Shown: positions 28,401 through 42,389 of the stretch, piece after piece
How the letters are laid out: each line of letters begins with the position of its first letter
How positions within the stretch are numbered: position 1 is the stretch's first letter
Assembly: GCF_036321535.1 (NCBI RefSeq)
Contig: NC_087436.1
Coordinates: 70,248,001-70,312,000, forward strand
Direction: 5' to 3'
Origin: Camelus dromedarius
Lineage: Eukaryota
Length of the DNA stretch: 64,000 nucleotides
Translations under genes and position numbers: made by a program
The notes under the pieces: generated by a model
What the model was told of the DNA's origin: nothing
What the model saw: only the letters and a program-made list of their open reading frames with translations
Databases searched by the model: none

Positions 28401-29981
28401 GGAAGGCAGATGGCATACTTAAAGCTGTAAAAATGACCTATAGATTCTGGAGGTAGATCTAAAAATTGCTTTTCACTTACTACTCTTGATGCATGTGTTG
28501 CTTTTCTCATGGGGTCTGATAGAGAGCTCTGCCAGGCTTTTTCTTTCTGGGTAAGTTCAGAGTGGAAAGTCTTTCTCCCAAACTATAAGTGAATGGTAGT
28601 GTCCAGTTGTTAGTTAATCTGAAGAATATGCCTTTATGATATGCTTATTGTTTCTGAGCACTTACAGGTCAAACTGTTATGAGTATGAGTAAGTTATAGT
28701 TACGACAATTCAGAACACTATCATTTTATCAGTAAATACTTTGCATAATTGTATGTGTGAGAAACCCTGCTAGCCTTAATGAATTTGTTCCTTTTTTAAT
28801 GGCAGTTCTGATATTTACATTTTACTTAGTTCAAAAAGAAGCTGGGGAGAAGAGGGGAAGATTTTTGCATTATGTTTTATGCATTTTTTCCCTTTCTTTT
28901 TTTCCCCTGTTTGATGGCTTTTACTCCTGTTATTCTCTTAGTTTTAAATGGCCACAGCTGAAGCCCTTTCCAAGAAATGGGGAGCTTTGCTGAATCCCAG
29001 ATAATGTAAAATGTCACTTTTGCAGTTGGCTGTATTAGGATTAAAGGGGCTTTTGAAAAATTATACCTTTCCTGGAGTTTTATACAGCCCTTTCTCTGCC
29101 TTGTGTTCCCAGGTTTGGCTGCATCTGTGTATTTATTTCACAGGGACCTTTCTGACATCACACTGATAACCATGAACCATTCTTGTTTTTAGCCTTTGTT
29201 TGGAGGACTCATGATTGTCCTGTACTTGGGTACCGTATGCTCATGCTGAAACTGTTAGTGATCTGAAGGATGGAAATCCTTGCTTCTGAACAGAAAGGGA
29301 GAATGAAACAATCTTGAATAAAAGAAATATTTTCCCTCAGTTCCTTTATAGAAGAATTCAGTTATTCTTGTGATCTGCAGTATGTAAGTTGGGCAAAATC
29401 ATGGTCCTTTTGTGCCTCATTTTCTTATTTCTAAAAGGACAGTTTTATATTTGACAACATTCAGTGTTTCTTCCTAATGGTGTTTGAAAAGGTTTATGGT
29501 AACTTGTGGGATGAGATCAAATCTCTGGATAAATAATTTACATTTAGTGATTTTTAGGAATGGAAATGATTTTGTTCCAGCCTCTTTATTTTTAGATGAA
29601 CCAGTTGAGATCCTGAGATCTTTGATTTTTCCAAGGCTATACTTAGTCAATTACATAAACAAATTCTAATGACACTAATCTCAATTATACCAAGAATTCC
29701 AAGTGTCTTGCTATTTTAGTTGTATTTTTTGACATGACATGACTTCCCACTTTTTACAGTTGCTTATTTAAAAAGTACAAAATTAGATATAATGTAGCTT
29801 ATTTCTATGATGGGCCTTCACTACAAAGGATAAAGAGATGGTACAGATATTTTTAACTGATATCAATTATTGAGCACTGACTCTGCACCTGGTGGTGCTT
29901 TATATTTCTGTACATATCATTTGGTTTCAGAACCATCCTACATGGTAGGTGATACAATTTCTCTTTTTTTTGCATTCAAAG

Positions 29982-30537
29982 TGTTACTGAACTGAGGTTT
30001 GGCTGCTTGCCACTCAAAAGCCAATGAACAAGAGGCAAGTGTCCATAGAAAGGGAAGGTTCTTTAATCAGAAAATCCAGCAATCTGGGGAGAAGGTGGAC
30101 TCATGTCCAGAGATCAACTCTGAAGATTCTGCTCAGCCATGACAGATTTTCAAGGGAAATGTCGGGAGTAGGGTGGGTAAAGAATCTCAGTGAATCATTG
30201 AGACAAGAAGTTGGTTTCTACATCTTTCTCTATTGCTTTGCAGACTGGCTGACTCTCTCTTCATATGTTATCTTGCCACGTGATCTGCCTGCAGGATTGC
30301 TGAGAGAGCTGTTGGGGGTAGAGGGCTAATCATTCTTTACTTCATTCTTCATTCTTCATTCTTCTTTTCATCTAGGAAAAGAATCAACAGGTTAGGCAAG
30401 ATGTGTGCATTCAGGAGAGCATAAATCTGGAGTTATTTTAAGTTGCCTAGTGATCTCATTCCTATTATTAGGTTCTTTTGAGGTTATAGGGGAACAGAAA
30501 AGAGGCAAAAGGGGGAAAAGTCATTTTCAAGAGCGAT
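29982..30537 (-). mobile_element. ERV solo LTR inserted into a MIR
   Basis: Begins tgttactgaac, with a 4-bp duplication AAAG at 29978-81 and 30538-41. MIR sequence before it (29860-29970) resumes after it (cttacctaaggtcac...attctaacccagg). Confidence 0.65.
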
Positions 30538-31718
30538 AAAGTAGCTTACCTAAGGTCACCTAACTAGTATAAGGCGAATTAGGGATTCTAACCCAGGAAT
30601 ACCTAATTGCACAAACAAGATTTCTACTATTCCATATGGAGAAGATAATGCTTGAGTGAAATAATAGTACATGGCTTTCATTGATCTTTGTGCCACGCAT
30701 TGCATTATTATTTTACTTACTGGTTTCCAATGTTTGAAACAACTCTGCAGCACAATGCTTTCTTCATTTTTAGATGAGGGAAATAAGGCTCCAGAGAGGC
30801 TAAGTAGTAAGTAACTAAGTCAAGGTCTCTTACTAAGTGGGGAAGTGCTCTCTGATTCCAGGGCCGTAGGTTCAGTCAGCAGTCACTTTCCACTACCCTG
30901 TGCTGCTTTTACAAATTGCAGCTTGATGTGTATCTAACCGATGGCTTTTGGTTTCCTCAGGGGCCATTGGCATATCAGATTGATTGAATCTGGCAAAGTT
31001 TCTAAGATGAATGAATGCTTTTGAAACAATTTTTGATAGTAGAGCTAAGGATGATGGCAGTAGCCACCAGCTAATAAACCTAATGGAGGAGAAGTCTGCA
31101 TAGATATAGGTGATTTTGGCTTACTCATCTATAGTCTATGTAAATATGCTGGGGTCATACATACATTATTGTGCAGTATGCTTAGATTTTAGAGCTAGAC
31201 CAAGTTTATTAACATTTCTGTACATAACCCATTTTATTGCCATGTTTTGATAAGTGTTCAGACTTTAAGATTTCAAATTTTTTAAAATTTAGTCTTAATT
31301 TTTTGTCAGTATTATCATGTCCATGATTTAATTTAGCATCAAATGGTTCTGTAAGACTCGTCATAAAAACAACCCCTCCTTTTTCTGCTTCTAGATACAG
31401 ATACTTGAACTCTTTTACCTGATTATTTTCACTTTTAATTTCTTATCTCTAACTTATTTATATGGTTACATATTAATTTTTCATTTCTAGGCATTAACTA
31501 TTGAATTCTTATGGAAGGAGAGGATGTCACTCCCCCCTCCCCATACCATATATATATATACATACTTCATATCCTACCAGCTTCTCATTATAATTAGTAC
31601 TATATAAACTCTGTTGATAGTTGAGCCAAGTATACCCTGTAATTTTATTTCTCCTTTCTTGAACATCTTTATGCTGTTTCTGGAAATTTTTTGTTTTATT
31701 TTCTGTGTACTCAGTACG

Positions 31719-31857
31719 TTTTTTTTTTAAGTTAATTAATTAATTTGGGGGGGGTAATTAGGTTTTTATTTATTTATCTTTAATGGAGCCACTGGGTATT
31801 GAACCCAGGACCTTGTGCATGCTAGGCACATACTCTACCACTAAGCTGTACCCTCCC
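31719..31857 (-). mobile_element. tRNA-derived SINE (camelid Vic-type)
   Basis: Reverse complement gggagggtacagcttagtggtagagtatgtgcctagcatgcacaaggtcctgggttcaataccc has Pol III A and B boxes, then an A-rich tail. Confidence 0.85.
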
Positions 31858-34333
31858 ATAGAATAAACCTTTAGCTTCTAGTCTTTTCTCAGGATGAGGG
31901 TAGTATAGAAGTCCACTGTGTAGATTGCAGAGGGGGTCCTGAGTGTGTAACTCCTTAAATGAACTGTGAAAGTCTTGTTCCATCTTCACTCCTACTTTCA
32001 GAATAACCTACTTATACTAATTCCTGAGCCTTTTATGGGATCTGTGGCATAAATTGAGTTGCTTTTAAGTTTAGGGTTAGGTTTTTAGGTATGTTAATTT
32101 GGTTATTTATTCATCTGCTTTCTAGTTCCTAAAATTTTGTTGTTGTTTCCTCTTTCACTCTTTTTTTGTCTTTATGGGATTGACTATTTTGAAAATTCAC
32201 TTTATCACTTTGAATATGGAGTGGAAACTATGTGTATTTTCAGCCCACCAACTTTACATTGTTTTTCAAGATAGTCTTCTTATGGGTACTGATCCATTTA
32301 TTGCCATGTTCTCTGCTAAGCATCCACAGTTGTATGCTGTCTCTAAATGAAAAGAAATTATGTTATTGTGTTAAACTACTTAATGTTTTTTGAGTTCTTT
32401 GTTATTGCAATGTATTAGTAGGTAGTGAGTCTAAAAGTCCTTTTTCTAACTGCGTTACATAACTCACTTTAACAAAAAAAAAAGTGGGTTAATCTAGATT
32501 TGAGTTGTGAGGAGCTACCTTTTATTTATTTATTATTTATTATTAGTCTTCACTGATATTCCAGATTATTCATGTTATACTTCTAAAGTATGCTTTAGCA
32601 AATCTCATTTAAACTTTAATGTCTTTGACTTTAATTATCCATTGGTTAAAATTTATCTCCAAATCAAGAATAATGTTTGGTTTTATTAAAAAAAAAACAA
32701 AATAAAACAAAGCAGCAAGCAAAAACCAGTCAGCTGCATTTGACATCAGACTTACAGGAGAAAAATTATTTATAACTTCTGTATTCATGTTTCCAATATC
32801 TTCCTCTAGTTCCAGTCCTTAAAAGAAATAAAGGCTTTTTCCATTTCCCAGGACACTTTATCAGTTTTTATAGACATCAACATGGGCTTCTTTACTTTCT
32901 TACGAATATTAATTTAATGCATTGAATTTCGTATAAATGCTGTGATTTTGAACTTTAGTATAAATTGTTTTACAAATATGAGCAAAGCTTTCTGTTAGAG
33001 TCACTATTGAATAGAAAAAGAATAAACCATAGAATATAGACTGTAGATTTTTTTTTCATTGAGTAAAAGACTTATCTTAAACATCTGCTTGGTTTTATTC
33101 AGAATACATCTAAAGGACTAGAAAATAAGTTGGAGCTCTTAGAAGGTTTCAGGAGAAAATGAATGTTCTCTCGATAGCCTGAGAGAAATGAGAACAGACT
33201 AGGGCAGGAGTTCTTTTTCTGGGTTTATGAACAGGTTTTAGCACCTCCCTGAATTTGTGTGTGCAAAATATTATGTTTCTATGAAAGAAGTCTCATAATG
33301 TCTTTCATATTATCAGAGGCTCAAACTAGATTAAGAATTGGAGGCAAAAATGTCAGTAAAAAAAAACTATTGTATAAATATTTAGGAACATTATGGGAGG
33401 TATTTCCCTATTATGTAGCTCAGAGATATGTATGAGTAGGCTCAAGTTCATTGCTTTAAGTTTATTTTTATTTTTGTTTTATTGAAGTATGATTTACAAA
33501 TAGTGAAAATGCTCAAGTCTTAAGTTTATAGTTTGATTATTTAGACAAATGTGTACCCTTGTGTAACCCACACCCCTTTGAAGTCCCAGAATATTTTCAT
33601 CACCCCAAAAGCTCCCTTAATTTTTAAAAGTAAAACTTAAAAATAAAGTGGGTGTTTGATATAAGGGCATACTTCCATTTCACTTCATGAAGTTTTAGAG
33701 ATCCCATTAGCTAAATGAGTAGCTCAGCTTTTACGGAGGAGGAACAGGTAGTTTACTACTGCCTGTTATTTGCACTTGCTGCTTATTTTCCCCCATTGGA
33801 CAACACAGCTTTTTCAACTATAATGATCCTTTAGGTGAGCAAAACACTGGGATGACACAGTACTTCAACTCTAGGTCGTTGCGTCAATTCTTAGAGTTAA
33901 TCCTGTTCATACCCATAGTGATGAATCAACATGTAAGATAGTGAAAGAGCCTTACTGAATAAACTTTCCTAAACATCAAGGAATAGCAACTTCTAAAAAG
34001 ATCAAGAATTTTTGATCACTTATTTTAAGCATTACAAAATAGCTTCTGAAAAAATACCCACACAAATAAGACATATGTAGGACTGGCTCCTAAACTGCAC
34101 ACGTTAATAGGGGAGACAGATGAGTTAGTTTGGCAATATGATGATAGGAGACTGTACAGAGTTAGCAGTACCTGGAGGAGAGCATGGTTAATTCTGTAGG
34201 GGAGGGTCGAGAGTACTTCCTCTGAGAAGGTACCTAACAGGTTTGTGTGTAGATAACTGAGAGAATCAGTTGTATCAGGCTGTAGCTTCTAACTTTCCAT
34301 CTGCCAGTACCTTTAGTGAGCTTTCAAGTGGGT

Positions 34334-35285
34334 AGAGACTAATCCAATTTTTGCAGGACCTTTCTTGAGAAAATGAATAAAAAGTTATGAGTATAAAATT
34401 AGGTAACAAAGTAAACTTTAGAATGAGAAAAAATTACAATAGATTACAATAATGTAAAGTCAATGAACATCACAAAATATAGAAAAATAATATTTTTATT
34501 ATTAAATTAATAATAATATGCAATTAAGCCTGATATCCCTTAATATTTTTTAATTTATATTTTTAGCTCCATACTTTTTGTCCACTTCCTATGTCAAAAA
34601 TTTGTAAAATGGGATTATAGTTTTTAATAGAATAGAAAGATTATTTACTTTTTCCTCTAGCTTGGCTGATCAAAATGTGTTTATTATTACTGATAGTAGA
34701 CATATTTCACATTCCCAGCTCATTTTACTGATAATGTCATGTAATATTTTAAGGTTGTTGTCAAATCTGGAGAAATTTTCATTAAGTTTCTTCCATATAT
34801 GAAACACTGTTCTTACATCTGTGCCAATACCCTGTGGAGCTCATATCCAGGTGATGCTGGTCCTGCGCATTAGTATAAATGATACCAGATAAGGCAATGC
34901 TTGGGTGGTAGTGATACTCCTGGAAGTAATTCCTATACTGAGACTGGCAATCATCTAATCATACATGGAAGTGATTGTGAACTGCGTGTGTCCTCTGAAA
35001 TCTAAACTAAATATATCCTCAGTTCAATTCCCTTTAGCCAAATACCCAGAATACCTCACTGACCAAGGAAGAAGTGTGCTGGAGGGGAGTCAGAGACAGC
35101 AGTCTTAACCAACTGCATTTAGCTTACTTTTGCAATTTTCGTGAAAACAAGCTTACTTCTGCAATTTTTTGTGAAAGCACACAACCATGGGAACACATTA
35201 TCAGCACTGATTCCAGTACCTTGGAAGGGACCCTGCTATAGGGGGTCCTTGAAGTTTAAACTGACAGTGTCATGTAAATCCTTAT
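34334..35285. mobile_element. hAT-Tip100 DNA transposon relic (Zaphod/MER115-like)
   Basis: Right end reverse complement ggatttacatg...aaacttcaaggacccc...gggtcccttccaagg resembles the recalled Zaphod terminus; AT-rich body. Confidence 0.5.
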
Positions 35286-36559
35286 ACAGTCTTGTGCTGT
35301 AATTTTGTGCTTAGATGATTCCATTTGTTCAACTGAAGTACCGTAATGTTAGTTTAAAACATAATGCATGTACTACTATGCATCTGTAGTATGTGCGGTG
35401 CTTCTGTATCTATTATGACTGGGCATGTTTGTATAAGCTGAAAATGTAAATTTAGCAAATGTCAAAATATTTGCTTTACCTTTATATTTTTGACCTGGAA
35501 TCCTTTATCAGTTTATCTTAACAAACATTTATTAGGGATCTGTTCTGACCTAGACCTCTGCTAGGTTCTGGAGATGAAGTGATGACTTGATTCAGTCCTT
35601 GCCTTTGAGACTCTTGTGGTGCCTATGAAATAGAGACACATTATAGTGTTACATATGAACACAGAGAAGATGTCCTCAACATGGCTTAGAATGTCAGTGA
35701 AGCTTCCTGAGGAAAAAATGACCCCTGAATTAATTCTCTAGGGATGACTAGGCATCCAATGAAAAAAGAAAGTTCACTTAAAAGTATATGAGATAAAGAG
35801 AAATAGGCTACATCTGATTTTAACTTTAGTTTTTTTTTCCTTAGTCAGGCTGGCTTTATTTTAAGAATTTAATTTCAGAGCATTTAGACCATAAAACTGC
35901 TGTGTCATGATTGCATTGATATCTATCATGTTACTGCTTCAAACTTGAAGGCAAATGATGGACTCCAGGAATTTTAGGTGAACTTTTGCTCTAGTGTTAA
36001 CTTGAGATTTGTATCTGATATGAAGATTGTACTGTTACCATTACCACCAAGACTATAGACTTGACCTTTTGTTACACCCTTTATAATGAGCTGCGATTTT
36101 GAATTAAATGCCAGGGGAAATTCTGTTCTTTTACTTTGGGGGAAAAAGTCCTATTACTACACGGAAGTGCCTATTTTTAAAGTATAGTTAAATTACTCTA
36201 AACTATGGGAGGAAACTGCAACCTATTAAAAATAACTAAATAAAATGAAAAATAAGATCTACATTCTCTCTATTCTTCCCCTCCCCCAATTGGAGAGTTG
36301 CTTAAAGTGAAATGTCTTCCTTTGAATGACCCATTTTTTAGCCAAGGTGTAAATAGGGCAGGACTCTAAAGGGCCTAAGATGGAAAATGAAATTTTGGTG
36401 TCAGGCTTAGGAAATATTCCCAATCCATCTGTTACTTCTCTTGCTGTAGTTAAAAATCTTTTAGATTTGTTGCACCAAATAAAGATAATGGATAAATCCT
36501 TTTCTTTAATTCTGGTAAACAACTGCTTCTTGCAATAAGAACAAGATTTTTCTCTCCTT

Positions 36560-39290
36560 CAAATGGGACCTAATTAAACTCAGAAGCTTTTGCACAGCAA
36601 AGGAAACCGTAAACAAAGTGAAAAGACAACCTACAGACTAGGAGAAAATATTTGCAAATGATGCCACTGACAAGGGCTTAACTTCCAGAATATACAAACA
36701 GCTCATACAACTCAGTAACAAAAAAACAAAACCCAATTAAAAAATGGGCAGAAGACTAGACAGACATTTCTCCAGTGAAGACAAACAAATGGTCAGTAGG
36801 CACATGAAAAGGTGCTTAGTATCACTAATTATCAGAGAAATGCAAATCAAAATGACAATAAGGTAGAATGGCCATCATTAAAAAGTCTACAAATAATAAA
36901 TGCTGGAGAGGAAGCAGGCTGAGGCTTGCTTTCAGGATGGTGGAGTAGAAGGAGCTGGAGTTCACCTCCTCTCACAGGCACACCAAGACCACACTCACTG
37001 CAGAACAACCAGCAATAAAGACTGGAAACTACCAGAAAGGATCTTCTGTAGCTAAAAACATAAGAAACCACAACAAGACTGGTAGGAGGGAGGACTTGCA
37101 ATATACCCCATTTCCCCTGGGTGGGTGACCCACAAACTGGAGAATAATTATATCATAGAGGTTCTCCCACAGGAATGAGAGATATGAGTCCCATATCAGG
37201 CTCCCCAGCCTGGGAATCTGGCACCAGGAAGAGGAGTGCCCAGAGTATTGAGCTTTGAAGGCCAGTGGGGCTGGATTACAGGAGCTCTGTAGGACTGGGG
37301 GAATCAGAGGCTGTATGCCTAAGGATCACACAGAAAATCTCACGCTTGCTGAGACCAAGGACAAAAGCAGTAATTTCATAGGAGCCTGGGCCAGACCTAT
37401 CTGCTGGGCTTGGGGGTCTCCTGGGGAGGCGTGAGTTGGCTGTGGCTCATCCTGGGAGCATGGACACTGTGGTGGACATTCAAGAGTGTTCATCTGAATG
37501 AACTCTCCTTCAAGGAGGCTGACATCTTGCTTGGACATTAGCATCGATACTTGCCCCCACCCAACAACCTTTGGGCTCCAGAGCTGGGATGCCTCAAGCC
37601 AAACAACTAACTAGGTGGGGACATATCCCCACCCATCAGCAGACACTGCCTAAGACTGACGCCACAGCAGCCTCTAGACATGCCCTTAGACAGCCCTGCC
37701 CACCAGAAGGCCAGCTCCACCCATCAGTGGACAGGCACCAGCCCCTCCCACCAGGAAGCTTGCATCAGCCTTTAGACCAGCCTCACCCACCAGGGGGCAG
37801 ACATCAGAAGCTATTAAACTTTGATCTTGCAACCTGCAAAACAAGTCTTCAAACATAGGCCAGAATCCACCCTGGGACCAGCTGGCCACAGGCCCCTGGA
37901 TGACGAGCAGGGAGTACATTGCTAGGATACATAGTACATCTCCTACAGAGGGCCACTTCTCCAAGTTTGAGAAACATAACTAATGTACATAAAGATGCAA
38001 ATAGAAATTAGACAAAATGAGGCAGCAGAGGAGTATGTTCCAGGCAAAGGCACAAGATAAAATCCTGGAAGAAGAAATAAGTGATGAGGAGATAGGCAAT
38101 ATACCTAAGAAAGAGTTCAGGGTAATGATTGTGAAGATGATCAGAGAATAGATGCACAGAGGGAAGTTTATAGCAAGGAATTAGAAAGTATACAGAACAA
38201 ACAGAGTAGAAGAATACAATTACTGAAATGAATAATACACTAGAGGGAACCAAGAATAGACTAAATGAGGCAGAAGAACGGGTCAGTGAGTTAGAAGACA
38301 GAGTAGTGGAAATCACTACTGCAGAACAGAAAACAGAATGAGGAGAAATGAAGACAGACAGTTTGAGAGACCTCTGGGACAGTATAAAGTGCACCAACAT
38401 TCACATTATAGAAGAAGGAGAGAAAGGGCTCCAGAAAATATTTGAAGAGATAATAGCAGAAAACTTCCCTAACCTGGGGAAGAAAAGTCACCCAAGTCCA
38501 GGAAGCACAGAGGGTCCCATACAGGATTAACACAAAGAAGAACACACCAAGACATAATTAAAGTGTCAAAAATAATTGCTACAGAGAGTATGGAAAAAAG
38601 GGAACCCTCCTATACTGTTGGTGAGAATGTGATTTGGTGCAGCCACTATGGAAATCAGTAGGGAGATTCCTTAAAAAACTACAAATAGACTTACCATATG
38701 ATCCAGCAATCCCACTCCTGGGCATATGTCTGGAGAAAAATCTAATTCAAAAAGATACATCCATCCCAGTGTTAATAGCAGCCCTGTTTTACAATAGCCA
38801 AAACCCTGAAGCAACCTAAATGTCCATCGACAGATGATTGGGTAAAGAAGATATGTGGACTACTACTTAGCCATAAAAAATAATGAAATAATGCCATTTG
38901 CAGCAACATGGGTAGGCCTAGAGATTATCATACTAAGTGAAGTAAGTCAGATAGAGAAAGATAAATATGTATCATTTATATGTGGAATCTAAAAAAATTA
39001 CACAAATGAACTTACTTACAAAACAGAAACACTCACAGATTTGGAAAACTTATGGTTACAAAAGGAAGTGGGAGGGATAAATTAGGAGTTTGGGATTGGC
39101 AGATAGAAACTACTATATACAAAATAGGTAACAAAGTCCTGCTGTGTATAGCACAGGGAACTATATTAAATAGCTTGTAATAAATGACAATGAAAAATAA
39201 TATGAAAAAGAATATATATAATTGGATCACTATGCTGTGCACCAGAAACTAACAAAACATTGTAAATCAACTCAACTTCAATTAAAAAAA
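36560..39290 (+). mobile_element. Composite L1: ORF2 3' end (36560-36910 and 38571-39290) interrupted by an L1 5' UTR plus partial ORF1 (~36911-38570)
   Basis: aaatgggacctaattaaactc... up to tgctggagagg; YY1-like caggatggtg at 36933; ORF1 ATG at 38017 (MRQQRSMFQAK...KEFRVMIVKMIRE); ORF2 resumes gggaaccctcctatactgttgg; poly(A) at ~39284. Confidence 0.9.
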
Positions 39291-39577
39291 ATATATATAT
39301 ATACACAAAGAGGCTTAAAAAAAGACTTCTCTATTTTCAGTATCATTATTTAAGATAGTAAATATTTTAAAAAAAAAAGATAGTAAATATTTATTAGATG
39401 TCTGCTATGTCCCAGGTTCTGTGTTAGGTACTGGGGATTCAAGGATGACATATGATCCATATTCTTGAGTAATCCACAATCTAGTGAGAGAGAAAGAAAA
39501 ATATAATCCTGTAAGCATGAGGAGGTAATGTTTTAAGCTGACCCTTTATGGGTTAGTGAGAAGTCTGGCAGGAGGAT

Positions 39578-39936
39578 TGCTGTGGTCTGAATGTGTCTGC
39601 CCAAATCCATAAGTTGAAATCTTAATGCCCAATGTGATGGTATTAGGAGTTGAGGCCTTTGGAAGGTCATTAGGGTATGAGGGCTCTACCGTCATTATTT
39701 GAATTAGTGCCCTTGTGAAAAAGACCCCACAGAGCTCCCTAGCCTCTTCCACCATATGAGGATGCATTGAAAAGTGGGCATTCAGAAACCTGGAAGAGGG
39801 CCTTCACTGTACCTGACAGTGCTGGCACTCTGATCTTGGACTTCCAGTCCGCCAAACAAGGAGAAATAAATTGTTATTGTTTATAAGCCACCTAGTCTGT
39901 GGTATTTTGTGACAGCAGCCTGAATGGGCTAAGACA
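39578..39936 (+). mobile_element. MaLR solo LTR (MLT1A-like), complete
   Basis: tgctgtggtctgaatg...ataagccacctagtctgtggtattttgtgacagcagcctgaatgggctaagaca; GGAT on both sides. Confidence 0.88.
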
Positions 39937-41239
39937 GGATCTATATATATGTGTGTGTGTATGTGTGTGCGTATGCACATATACATGAGTATTCATTGAA
40001 CATTTTTAAGCTGTCATTTCCTATATTGCACATTTGCTATGTGATAGCTACCTCAAAACTAAGGTGCTTTAAATGTATTCATTCATTTAATTGTCATAAT
40101 GGTCCTGTAAAATTGGTGATACCATGTCTAGTTTTTTAGTTTTAAGCTTAAAGAAGTTGTATAATTTATCCAAGATTTCACAGCTAATAAGTTAAAAGAC
40201 AGGATATGAAACTGGGTCTTTACTCCAAATCCTTTGCCCTTTCCTCTGCTGTATGCCAGATATCATATTAGTCAGTATAGTTACAAAAATGAAGAGGACA
40301 CAGTCTTTCATGTTCAACAGCTATGTAAAAGAACACACACACGTATATGTATATATGTTATAGGTTCTTTAAGCTACAGTGAGACACTAGAGAATGGGCA
40401 GTTTTTCATGGGAAGGTCAGGAAATGTTTTTATAAAAGAAGTGATGTTTAAGCTCCCTAGGTATTTCTTGGTTGAAATACCAGTATATTTGAAATTACTG
40501 CCAACTCAGTTGTAGGTTGATGCTCATTCTGAGCTCTATATGTGCAAGTTTTGGTTTCTTCCTTCTGACAGTCCCCATTGTATAGTATTCAGAAAGTGTA
40601 GTTACTGCTGTTGCATGGAAATCACCTAGACATTCGACTATGGTCACTTCCTAAAATCTCCTTTGGTCTAGTACCTATGTACTGACGGGAATAATGAATT
40701 TAGTGCTGAGCAAAGGAAACTGCAGCCTGTATACAACTCAGAATCTCAAAGGGTGACCAGAGATAAGTGATAAAACTTTAGTGTCTTCATCTCTAGATGA
40801 GATAATACCTAACATAACTTCACAGAGGTAGAAACTAATTGGCCTTTGCTTGTGAAGTGCTTTATTATTTTCTAAGTATTAGATTATAAAATGTTATAGG
40901 GTATTAAATAGTGAATTGACCAACCCCTCTACCTGTTCCTGTATGAAGTCACTGAGTTACACTTTATAAAATTGAAGTGCTGTGAGTATGCTGTAAAATT
41001 GGGAGGTAACTCAGTTAGCATTTTAATATACTAGTGTGGTGGTCCCTACTCTGTGTTAAAGAACAAGATGTTAAAAAGTGGAAGAAAAGTTCCCATGCCT
41101 AAAGATGTTTGGGAAATGCTAAGCTAAACCATAAACAATTTTCTTTACTATAGGACTTCCCATAGTTTATAAAACACTCATTTTAATAATATATACTGCA
41201 TCTTTTGGCACTGTGCCAACCAGTCCTCACTGGTTAGAT

Positions 41240-42300
41240 TATTAGTTACCCTCAGTCTGACCTTTCCTCTGAGCCTGAGGTGTATATGTACAACTGCCTA
41301 TCTAACTTACTCATTTGGGTGTTTAATAGGTATCTCAAGTTATGTCCAAAACCCATCTCCCCAAACCTATCTCAATAAATGGCCCTTTTCTACCTATCTG
41401 AGGCTAAAAACCTAGAAGTCTTCTTGATTCTGTCTTCTTCACCACTCTCCACAAATCCTGAAATCTGACTCCTGTTGGTTCTTCCCACAGATATTGGAAT
41501 CTGGCTTCATCTTTCTATCCCCATTAGTCCAAGCCATCATTCTGTCTTCTTTGTAGTACTTTCCTAACTGGTTTCTCTGTTTTCACTTTTGCCCTCTTCC
41601 TAGTCCATTCTTTTTTGTTTGTTTGTTTTAATTGAAATATAATCATTTAACAATGTTATGTCAGTTTCTGGTGTACAGCATAATGTTTTAGTCATACATA
41701 TACATACATATATTTGTTTTCATATTCTTTTTCATTATAGGCTACTACAAGATATTGAATATAGTTCCCCGTGCTATACAGAAGAAATTTGTTTCCCAGT
41801 CCATTGTTTACATGGCAACTGGAATGATTAGAACATTAAGTCATATTATACTTCTGTTTCTGTTTTTTTTTTTTTTTTGAAATCTCCAGTGGCTTCCCAT
41901 TTATGCTTAAAATGATAATCTAAATTCCATGCTTTGGCCTCTAAAATCTTACCTAGTATGGTTCTACAAGCCTTTCTGATTTCTTATACCACTGTTACTA
42001 TCATTCATGATGCCTTAGTCACAGTTACCTTTTTACCCCTCTTCCTGAAAAAGTCACTTTTGTGCTAGTTTATCCTGTAAACCTGGAATGCTCTTCCCTC
42101 TTCCCCAGATTGTTATATGGCTGATGCCTTCTTCTGGTCTTTCTGGCCTTGGGGAAGCTTCTCTAACCACATAATCTACTATAGTGCCTTGTCACATCAC
42201 ATTATCTGTCACATCATTCTTTTTTTTTTCACTATAGCAGTGCTACTTAGAATATAGTAGGTAGTCAGAATATGGTAGTTGGGTGAAGGAATGCAAGAGT
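41240..42300 (-). mobile_element. L2 fragment, host to a short L1 insertion
   Basis: caactgcctatctaac...aaacctagaagtcttcttgattc...ccagtggcttcccat...cctggaatgctcttccc. Confidence 0.7.
41611..41792 (-). mobile_element. Short 5'-truncated L1 3' end with TSD
   Basis: T-rich tail, then caatgttatgtcagtttctggtgtacagcataatg; TSD ttcctagtccatt (41597-609) / ttcccagtccatt (41793-805). Confidence 0.85.
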
Positions 42301-42389
42301 GCATAAATGGATGAGAGAAACTGACTTACTGAGGAAGTGAGGAACATTATTGGGAGACTATTTATTTTTTAAATAGTAAACATTAAAAA

